NCBI GenBank assembly: GCA_013911195.1
Contig: JACETS010000001.1
Coordinates: 1 to 41,180, forward strand
Direction of reading: 5' to 3'
Source of the DNA: Verrucomicrobiales bacterium
Lineage (GTDB): Bacteria; Verrucomicrobiota; Verrucomicrobiia; Verrucomicrobiales; DEV007
DNA: 41,180 bases
The translations under genes and the position numbers were made by a program. Numbering within the stretch: position 1 is the stretch's first letter; each line of letters starts with the position of its first letter. Positions 8,046-15,800 of this stretch are shown here, one piece after another. The notes beneath the pieces were generated by a model that was not told the DNA's origin, searched no databases, and was given only the letters and a program-made list of their open reading frames with translations.

Positions 8046-9443
8046 ATGGTTCACAGTAAATTCAAAGGTAGTGGTTTAAAAGGTTTACATGATCTAAACT
8101 CTGTTGATGATATCGGATCATTACTTAGGCAACTAAATATTTCACCAGTTAAAGCTTTGGGGCAGAACTTTCTTAGAGATGCCATTACCTCAAAAGCTAT
8201 TGTCGAATCATTAAATTGTAATGGCGATGACATTGTGATTGAAATTGGACCTGGCTTAGGTGCTTTAACTCAGCATCTAATTGGAAAAGTAAAGAAACTC
8301 ATATTAATTGAATTTGATAAAAACATTGCAAATTTACTCACTGATATTTTTGATGGCCATCCTGATGTCGAAGTTATTAATGAAGATGCTGTAAAATTTG
8401 ATCTCACTTCTTTTTATGCGTTTGGAGGGGTTAAAGTTATTGGTAATCTTCCATATTCCTCGGGCAGTGAAATTTTAAGGAACTTCCTAACATTTCCGAC
8501 ACCTGTTACAAAGGCTGTTTTTATGTTGCAAAAAGAGGTAGCAGAGAGGTATGCAGCACTTCCAAGGACAAAATCATATGGTATTAATACCGTGCTTATA
8601 GGTAGTAGATGGGATGTTGAAAAATTAGACGAAGTTTCATCAGAGCCTTTTTTTCCACCTCCTAAAATCAAATCATTAGTTATAAGGTTAGAGTTAAAAA
8701 AAGAAGCTTATTATAAACCTTTTAATGATCGAGTTTTAAAACGGGTTCTAACTTGTGGTTTTAAAGAGCGACGTAAACAAATGAAGAAGCGAATGCCTTT
8801 ACGTGGTCTTGAATGGGAGGACTTGTGTTCGGCAATAGATATCAGCACACAATCTCGGGCCGAGGAATTGAGTGTAAAGCAATGGATCGAGGTCGCGAGG
8901 TTGTTGGATGAAAATCCTCTTAAGGATATACCTCAGAGAGATACTGAGATGTTTGATGTTGTTGATAATGATGACAATGTTACTAATCAAGCTGATAGGG
9001 TTACTATTCACAATGAAGATTTGTTACATAGAGCAGTACACATTTTTGTATTCAATCGTTTTGGAAAGTTGTTTCTCCAGAAAAGATCATTATATAAAGA
9101 TAGCTCACCAGGGCTTTGGGACTCCAGTTGTTCAGGTCATTTAGATTCTGGTGAAAATTATGAATCAGCTTCTATACGAGAATTAAAAGAGGAATTAGGA
9201 GTTAAATCGAGAATTGAATTCATTACAAAGCTTATTCCATCAGTAAATACAGGTTGGGAATTTATAGGTTTATACTCTTGTTCTCACAATGGCCCATTTA
9301 ATTTTCCTTATAGTGAAATTGAAACTGGTGAATTTTTTGATTTAGAGATTATATCCAATTGGATTTTTCATAGGCCTAAAGACTTCGCCCCTGGCTTTAT
9401 AGAGTGCTTTAAGGTATATATAGGTAAAAATGATTGTTTATAA
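8046..9443 (+). CDS. rsmA: 16S rRNA (adenine1518/1519-N6)-dimethyltransferase RsmA/KsgA fused to a C-terminal Nudix hydrolase domain
   Basis: N-terminal part has LGQNFL, IEIGPGLGALT and GNLPY. The C-terminal ~160 aa carry a perfect Nudix box GHLDSGENYESASIRELKEELGV (nt 9135-9203) preceded by LLHRAVHIFVFN..LFLQKRS..K..PGLWDSSCSGH. One uninterrupted frame. Confidence 0.8.
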   Translation: MVHSKFKGSGLKGLHDLNSVDDIGSLLRQLNISPVKALGQNFLRDAITSKAIVESLNCNGDDIVIEIGPGLGALTQHLIGKVKKLILIEFDKNIANLLTDIFDGHPDVEVINEDAVKFDLTSFYAFGGVKVIGNLPYSSGSEILRNFLTFPTPVTKAVFMLQKEVAERYAALPRTKSYGINTVLIGSRWDVEKLDEVSSEPFFPPPKIKSLVIRLELKKEAYYKPFNDRVLKRVLTCGFKERRKQMKKRMPLRGLEWEDLCSAIDISTQSRAEELSVKQWIEVARLLDENPLKDIPQRDTEMFDVVDNDDNVTNQADRVTIHNEDLLHRAVHIFVFNRFGKLFLQKRSLYKDSSPGLWDSSCSGHLDSGENYESASIRELKEELGVKSRIEFITKLIPSVNTGWEFIGLYSCSHNGPFNFPYSEIETGEFFDLEIISNWIFHRPKDFAPGFIECFKVYIGKNDCL

Positions 9444-10175
9444 TCATTCAATGTTTTCAATCCAGCCAGCTTCAATCAGAGAGTCTCTATAAACTTGATT
9501 AATCTCAGGTTTGTAGATTTTATTTGCAGCTATTAACCATGAATTGGCTTCATTGGTATCATCGTTATGAAATTCGATGGCCGCATTTCCATAATAAAAT
9601 ACTGGTACATCATCAAGAAAGTCATAACTTTTGAGAACTAGTTTAGCCGCTTCAATGTCGTTCTGTTTTAAGTGGCAAATGAGAATTTTGTACTTAACTA
9701 AAGAGGAGGTTGTGCTTGGTAGTTCTTTATGGTTAGAAAGAAATTTTTTAAATCCGGTTTCGGCTAATTCATATTGTTTTTTAACGAACAGCATTTCGTT
9801 TAAGTTGAATTTAGTCATTATTCCTTTTGGATCTAGCTCAAGAGCTTTTTTAAAAGATGATTGAGCTTGATCAAAATCTCTAATTTTGGTGTATGCAGCA
9901 CCTTTTAGATTAAATAATGGAGCGTAATCATTAACGATACTCTCAGCGGAAATTATTTTTTCCAGAGCCTCTTGAACTCTAATTCCTGTGACGAGTTGCG
10001 CGGCTTCTCTTAATAAAAGGATTAATTCATTTTTCTCAGTGTTGTCTAAAGAAGTGAATTTCTTAGACTCTGTTGATTGACTTGCAGCATTCTGGGAAAA
10101 AGCAGCGATAGTTGAAACTAATATGAATAACTTAAAATGAACTATTCGTAGAAAGTGGAAATTTAATAGCGCCAT
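9444..10175 (-). CDS. secreted TPR-repeat protein
   Basis: 243-aa ORF with a signal-like N-terminus (FKLFILVSTIAAFSQNAAS). TPR-like repeats: AYTKIRDFDQAQSSFKKALELDPK, FVKKQYELAETGFKKFL. Confidence 0.6.
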   Translation of the reverse strand: MALLNFHFLRIVHFKLFILVSTIAAFSQNAASQSTESKKFTSLDNTEKNELILLLREAAQLVTGIRVQEALEKIISAESIVNDYAPLFNLKGAAYTKIRDFDQAQSSFKKALELDPKGIMTKFNLNEMLFVKKQYELAETGFKKFLSNHKELPSTTSSLVKYKILICHLKQNDIEAAKLVLKSYDFLDDVPVFYYGNAAIEFHNDDTNEANSWLIAANKIYKPEINQVYRDSLIEAGWIENIE

Positions 10176-10254
10176 GACTTAAATCTGTGTTCAGATAACA
10201 GATAAGTCAATGTTGGTGTGGATTTCTTATGAAAGAAATTATTTTTGATCAAAT

Positions 10255-11277
10255 TTAGTCGATGACAGTCTCTGGTGTGGTGCTTAAATTTGAATTATTC
10301 CTTTCAAAATTTATAACCTTACCTTGATCTAAGCTTTCAGATAGCCACTTAAACATTTTTTCAATTTCAGAATTTGAATTTCTGAGTTTGCTTACTTGTT
10401 CCCATGCAAGTTCATTTCTTGGCCTAGATTCAGAAATCTTCTGATAATTAATCAATCTGAAGAGGCCTTCAATTTCACGTTCTGAAAAATGTTGTATTGC
10501 TCCTGGTTCAGGTAAGTCATCAAGAGTCTCATTGTCTAGACCATAACTTGTAATCCCAATCCCGAATTCTTGTCCTAAATTTCTTAATTCATTAACTATA
10601 TCTGTATCTTGAATGGGTGAAGCAATTACTAGTTCGCCAAAGTGTGCCCATCTAGAATTACTCAAACATTGGAAAAAATCTTCTCTGTATGAATTATCCT
10701 GAATTTCAAGTTTCATTTTCATACTTCTCAAAGTAAAAGGTTGCGAACCAAAGCTTTTTTGAAGTTGCAGCATATCAGCATCTAGTTCTAAACGAGATGA
10801 ATTGAATCCAGTTTTCCAAGTGACAGAAATTAAATCAGGGTATTTCCATAGATCCTCGTAATCAGCTTCTTCACCAAAAGTGTTTTCTAAATTAAAGGGG
10901 AACTTTCCTTCAACTTTTAGGCATTGAGCCACAATTGCTCTAAATTTATTTGCTCTTAATAATGCTTCGTTAGATGTAGTGTAACCGAAAACATCACCAA
11001 ACGTTGCTTGGCTTGGGGATATCATATGTCTAGCACTCTTCATTGTGTTTAGAGTGTTGGTTCTTAGATAATAACCCTGACCATGTTCAACTTTAGCAAT
11101 TGGTGAGCTTGGATCACATGACATAATTGAGAAATGATATCTGAGTGTCGCGTCGCTATATTTTTGATCTAGTTTGAGTTTAACGAGCTCAATTAATTCA
11201 GTTCCCTTTATAGCATTCTTTGGGGCTGATGGTAATATCTCTGGAAGGATTTTACGTAGATGCTCTCGCAGACTCAT
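10255..11277 (-). CDS. hypothetical protein: N-terminal winged-helix (HARE-HTH / Mrr_N-like) plus possible PD-(D/E)xK-like core
   Basis: 340-aa ORF with codon usage like its neighbours and no signal peptide or TM helix. The N-terminus ends in VEHGQGYYLR. The central segment has WKYPDLISVTW, LRSMKMKLEIQ and FFQCLSNSRW. I recognise no named family. Confidence 0.45.
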   Translation of the reverse strand: MSLREHLRKILPEILPSAPKNAIKGTELIELVKLKLDQKYSDATLRYHFSIMSCDPSSPIAKVEHGQGYYLRTNTLNTMKSARHMISPSQATFGDVFGYTTSNEALLRANKFRAIVAQCLKVEGKFPFNLENTFGEEADYEDLWKYPDLISVTWKTGFNSSRLELDADMLQLQKSFGSQPFTLRSMKMKLEIQDNSYREDFFQCLSNSRWAHFGELVIASPIQDTDIVNELRNLGQEFGIGITSYGLDNETLDDLPEPGAIQHFSEREIEGLFRLINYQKISESRPRNELAWEQVSKLRNSNSEIEKMFKWLSESLDQGKVINFERNNSNLSTTPETVID

Positions 11278-11461
11278 TTTTATTTTATAGTTTGTGTTAT
11301 TTTCGACTTAAAAGGGGATTTATTTTATAATTTTTACACTGCTCTAAATATAAGGTCCATATCCAAACGTATTTAATTTTCATTAATCGCAATGTTAAGT
11401 TGTTGACTTAATATTTAATTTTTCCTAGTTCAGCAATTAAATATATTATTTTTGAATTATT

Positions 11462-11490
11462 TTGTATAAACCACGTCATATTTATAGAAT
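11462..11490 (+). promoter_or_regulatory. candidate sigma-70 promoter for the LolA-like gene (TTGTAT-17 nt-TAGAAT)
   Basis: -35-like TTGTAT at 11462-11467, 17-nt spacer, -10 TAGAAT at 11485-11490, 21 nt upstream of ATG 11512. AT-rich background makes chance matches common. Confidence 0.3.
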
Positions 11491-11511
11491 TTATGTAAAT
11501 ATATCTAACTG

Positions 11512-12237
11512 ATGAAAACGATTCATTTACTAATATATCTTATTGCTTTATTGCCACTATCTGGTCAAGAGGGTATTACTCTTCCTGAAAATTCAAAACA
11601 GGCTAGTAAAATTTTATCTCAGGTAAGATATGCTTATCCTCAAAAAACATTAAACTTTAGAGGTGAAATTAGACCGAGAAGAATTGGATTCAAAATGATT
11701 CCATTAAACCTATCTTTTAATTCTCAATTAATTAAATTTGAGTTTTTTAGCGAAAATAATTCTACAAAAATAATTGATGAAACTATAAGCCTAGATTTCA
11801 GGGATGATAAAATCAATGTTCTTAGAGCATATGATTCACTTACTAAAGAAATCAAAGACGATGATTTAAGCAATAGTATTCGAGGAACTGACATTTCATA
11901 CGATGATATAGTAATGAGATTCTTGGACTGGCCGAATCCAGTCCTTCTAAAAATTGAAAAAGCCAAGGGTGGGAAAGCTTGGAAAATTCGATGTGCTAAC
12001 CCAAATAAGAGCCAGCTTTATTCAATTGTAGATGTCTGGGTTTCTCAAAGAAGCGGAGCCATTGTAAGAATGAATGCTTATAATAAAAAACGTAGAATTG
12101 TTAAAAGTTTCGAAGTCGATAGTATTCAACAAATTAAAGGTGACTGGTTTGTTGAAACTATGATCGTTAGAACGTATCCAGAGGATGGTAAATCAAAGCC
12201 AACTAGTAGTTTTCTTAAATTAGTGCCTAAAAAGTGA
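11512..12237 (+). CDS. outer-membrane lipoprotein-sorting (LolA-like) family protein
   Basis: 241-aa ORF with a signal peptide. The C-terminal pattern WKIRCANPN...YSIVDVWVSQRSGAIVRMNAYNKKRRIVKSFEV...GDWFVETMIV is typical of LolA-like beta-barrel 'lipoprotein-sorting' proteins. Confidence 0.5.
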   Translation: MKTIHLLIYLIALLPLSGQEGITLPENSKQASKILSQVRYAYPQKTLNFRGEIRPRRIGFKMIPLNLSFNSQLIKFEFFSENNSTKIIDETISLDFRDDKINVLRAYDSLTKEIKDDDLSNSIRGTDISYDDIVMRFLDWPNPVLLKIEKAKGGKAWKIRCANPNKSQLYSIVDVWVSQRSGAIVRMNAYNKKRRIVKSFEVDSIQQIKGDWFVETMIVRTYPEDGKSKPTSSFLKLVPKK

Positions 12238-12328
12238 CATTAACTTTTTTCAAATCTTTTAACTTTTACTCTTGCCGCACCTTGGGTGTTTGTTAAAGAA
12301 TGTATGTTAATAACATATATCAATTATT

Positions 12329-12766
12329 ATGAGTAAAATTATCCCTTTAATTAGTTCAGGTATCGCAGGCCCAATCGGAGTTCTACATTTGCCCAGGTTG
12401 TGGCAAAAAGTTTCTTTAGATAAAGCCGGCAAATTGCATGATGATTACCCTGCTATCGGTGCAGGATATGATCAAATGGTTCTAGATGGAATTGGAATCG
12501 ATAAGGAAGCTTTTTCAAGCTTTATGGAAAGTAAGCCAACCTATCCCCAGTTAGAAAAATGGGTGTTAGATCAAAAAGGAGGTTCTCTGGATGCTGATTC
12601 TGTAAAAACTCTAAACGATAGTATTATTGGATACAATCATGATGACGATACACGTAAGAGTATTTTAGACGCTAGTGGTATAGAGGATGATGGTTCAATC
12701 CTTGATGCAATTAATCTAAACAACTTGGAAGATTGGTGTGATTTTCACGCTCAAGAAATTGCATAA
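12329..12766 (+). CDS. DUF5069-like cytoplasmic protein
   Basis: 145-aa ORF. The pattern HLPRLWQK...GKLHDDY...GYDQMVLDGIGIDKEAFSSFM...P.Y.QLEKWV resembles my memory of DUF5069. Followed by a strong terminator. Confidence 0.4.
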   Translation: MSKIIPLISSGIAGPIGVLHLPRLWQKVSLDKAGKLHDDYPAIGAGYDQMVLDGIGIDKEAFSSFMESKPTYPQLEKWVLDQKGGSLDADSVKTLNDSIIGYNHDDDTRKSILDASGIEDDGSILDAINLNNLEDWCDFHAQEIA

Positions 12767-12791
12767 CATTTCACTTAATTATTAAAACATC

Positions 12792-12828
12792 AAAAACCTG
12801 ACGTGTTAATGCGTCAGGTTTTTTTTAT
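12792..12828 (+). terminator. Rho-independent terminator
   Basis: AAAAACCTGACG-tgttaatg-CGTCAGGTTTTTTTT: 7-bp GC-containing stem (12797-12803 / 12812-12818), extended by A/T pairs and followed by a T8 run, 26 nt after the stop at 12766. Confidence 0.8.
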
Positions 12829-12864
12829 TTTAATTATTTCAATCAATTATCTAAAATAAGCTCC

Positions 12865-15800
12865 ATGAATTCAAAATGTTCATTTTTTCTTTTTTATATT
12901 TTACTTATTTGTTTTTCCTTTGGAGATAAAATTCAACTTGAACTACGTGATCGAGTTAAGGAGTCGGATGATTTTATTGTCCGTCTTAGAGACCAAGAGT
13001 GGGATCCAAATAATACAGCAGTATTAATATGTGATATGTGGGATTCTCACCATTGCTTTAATGCTGTTAAAAGAGTTGAGCAACTTGCACCAAGAATTAA
13101 TCGACTTGTTAATGTAATGAGAAATAAAGGTGCCATTATTATACATGCTCCCTCATCATGCATGAACTTTTATAAAGATACCCCAGCAAGAAAAAGGGCT
13201 ATTGATTTACCTGATTCAAAATCTCTTCCTGATGATATTAGTAATTGGTTACATTGGATAGATGAGGAAGAGGAAAAGGCAGGATATCCTATAGATCACT
13301 CTGATGGTGGTGAAGATGATGATCCAGATGACCATGCAAAATGGGAACAAAAGTTGATAGAGCAAGGGAGAAACCCGAGATCCCCATGGATTAGGCAGAT
13401 TGAGACAATTGATATTGATCAATCAGTTGATTACATCACAGATAGTGGTGTTGAAAATTGGAACATTTTAGATTCCCATAAAATACAAAACGTATTACTT
13501 GTTGGAGTTCATACAAATATGTGTGTATTAGGTAGGCCATTTGGTCTTAGGCAACTGGCTAAGAATGGGAAAAATGTAGTTTTGGTAAGGGATCTAACTG
13601 ACACAATGTACAACCCAAAAATGGAACCTAAGGTTAGTCATTTTACAGGGACAGACTTTATTGTTAATCATATTGAGAAGTATGTTTGTCCTACTGTGAA
13701 AAGTTCGAAGATCCTTAATGGTAGTTCATTTAAATTTAGAAATGATAAAAGACCAAAGATTCTTTTTTTGATAGGAGAAAGAGAGTATTTAACATCCAAA
13801 ACATTGCCGAAGTATGCAGATGCCAACTTATTAAGTAAATATAGAGTAGAGTTTCTGTTTGCAGCAGATGGTCAAAGTGACTTTGGCGATATTCATAGTG
13901 AGATTTCTGATGCTGATCTTTTGTTTCTTAGTGTCCGAAGACGAGCTCTTTCAGATAAGGACATGTTGAGTGTCAGGGATTTTATTATGAAGGGAAAACC
14001 AGTTTTAGGAATTCGTACATCTAATCACGCGTTTTCTTTGAGAGGTAAATCTCCGGATACAGGCTACCAGGTATGGGAAAAATTTGATGAGCAGGTATTT
14101 GGAGGAAATTACACTAATCATTATGGTAACAAAATTTTGGCAATTGCTGAAATTAATCCAATTAAGCATCCAATTTTAGAAGGGTTACAACTCAAGAAAT
14201 ATGACACAGGAGGATCTCTCTATAAGGTGCTTCCACTAAAGAAATCAACGACTGTATTGCTTAATGGAAAAGCTCCAGAAATAAATGCAAATCAACCTTT
14301 GGCATGGACAAATAAAAATGATTTCGGTGGCCACAGCTTTTATACATCACTGGGGCATATAAATGATTTCGACAATAAGGAATTCGTCAAAATTTTAAAC
14401 AATGCTGTCGATTGGCTTATTGATGAATCTCCTAAATTAGAACGTCTAGATAAAAAAAAACGAATCCATGAGGAAGTTGATGGTGCATTAAGTCCTGAGA
14501 ATTCTCGTTCACTGATAGAGGTTGGCAATGATCTCGAAATTGATTTAGTTCTAAGTGAACCTATAATTAAACAGCCCTTACATATTAGTTTTGATCATAA
14601 AGGGCGATTGTGGGTTGTTCAATATTCTCAATATCCTGATCCTGCTGGACTTAAACGCTTAAGCAGAGATAAGGTTTGGAGGGTTGCATACGACAGAATG
14701 CCACCACCACCACCACATAAGAGTGATTCAATATACCGAGGTGCTGATAAAATTTCCATTCATGAAGATACTAATGGAGATGGAATTTATGATAAGCACA
14801 AAATTTTTGCTGATGGATTGAATATGGCAACAAGTGTGGCACATGATGGTAGAGGTGTGTGGGTAACAAATCCTCCATATTTATTATATTATAAGGACGA
14901 GGATGGAGATGATATTCCAGATTCAAAGCCAATAGTTCATTTGCAGGGATTTGGTCTAGAAGATTCGCACTCTATTGCGAATAGCCTTGTGTTAGGTTTA
15001 GATGGATGGGTTTATGGAGCCCAGGGTAGTACTATTAGTGCATCAATAGTTACAAACCTTTCTCCAAAAAAAGTAAATCCAATTAATTCAATGGGACAGA
15101 ATATTTGGAGATATAACCCTCAGAAAATAGTTTATGAAATATTTGCTGAAGGTGGTGGTAATGCATTTGGTCTGGAGATTGATTCTAGGGGCCGAGTTTA
15201 CTCAGGTCATAATGGAGGTAATACGCGAGGTTTCCATTATATAAAAGGTGCCTACTATCGTAAAAGTTGGGGTAAGCACGGATCGCTCACAAATGAATTT
15301 GCATATGGTTTTTTCCCTGCGATGGCAAACGCTCAAGTTGAGAGATTTACTCATCAATTTATACTATACGAAGATGATGTTTTACCTAAGAGATTTCATG
15401 GGAAATTACTAGGTGTTGATGTCCTTCATAATAACGTTGTTATGAGTGAAATGATTACATCGGGATCTACCTTCCAAACAAAGGATAGAGAGAGGTTTAT
15501 AAAATCCGGTGACCCATGGTTTAGACCAGTAATGATCACTGACGCACCTGATGGATCAGTGTATATTGCAGATTGGTATGATAAACAGGTTAATCATTAC
15601 AGAAATCATGAAGGTCAAATGGATAAGAAATTGGGAAGAATTTACAGGATCCGTAATAAAGATTTTAAGTTCAATAAGAAAATTGATTTTACCAAATTGG
15701 ATCAGTCGGACTTATTAGATCAACTAGATTCAAATTCTCGATCAAATAGACGAACCGCATTTCATCAATTGAAACTTCGCTTTGGATTTGATGATTTATC

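Noticed and set aside
10222-10239. AT-only hairpins as terminators: ATTTCTT-atga-AAGAAAT at 10222-10239, and AATGATT-gtttat-AATCATT at 9429-9448 across the ksgA/TPR stop codons.
   Set aside because: These are 7-bp stems with zero or one G:C pair and very low predicted stability. The first has its T-run on the wrong strand for the upstream gene. Such stems are frequent by chance in AT-rich DNA.
10176-11312. An 8-bp direct repeat GACTTAAA (10176-10183 and 11305-11312) flanking the orphan 340-aa gene, considered as possible insertion target-site duplication.
   Set aside because: An 8-mer match between two AT-rich spacers is expected by chance at about this frequency. There are no terminal inverted repeats, no integrase or transposase, and no visible compositional difference from neighbouring genes.
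14701-14715. A (CCA)5 trinucleotide repeat encoding PPPPP in the 1498-aa gene, considered as a contingency locus.
   Set aside because: There are only five units and unit changes stay in-frame, so it cannot switch expression. It more likely just encodes a polyproline linker, which would depend on EF-P.
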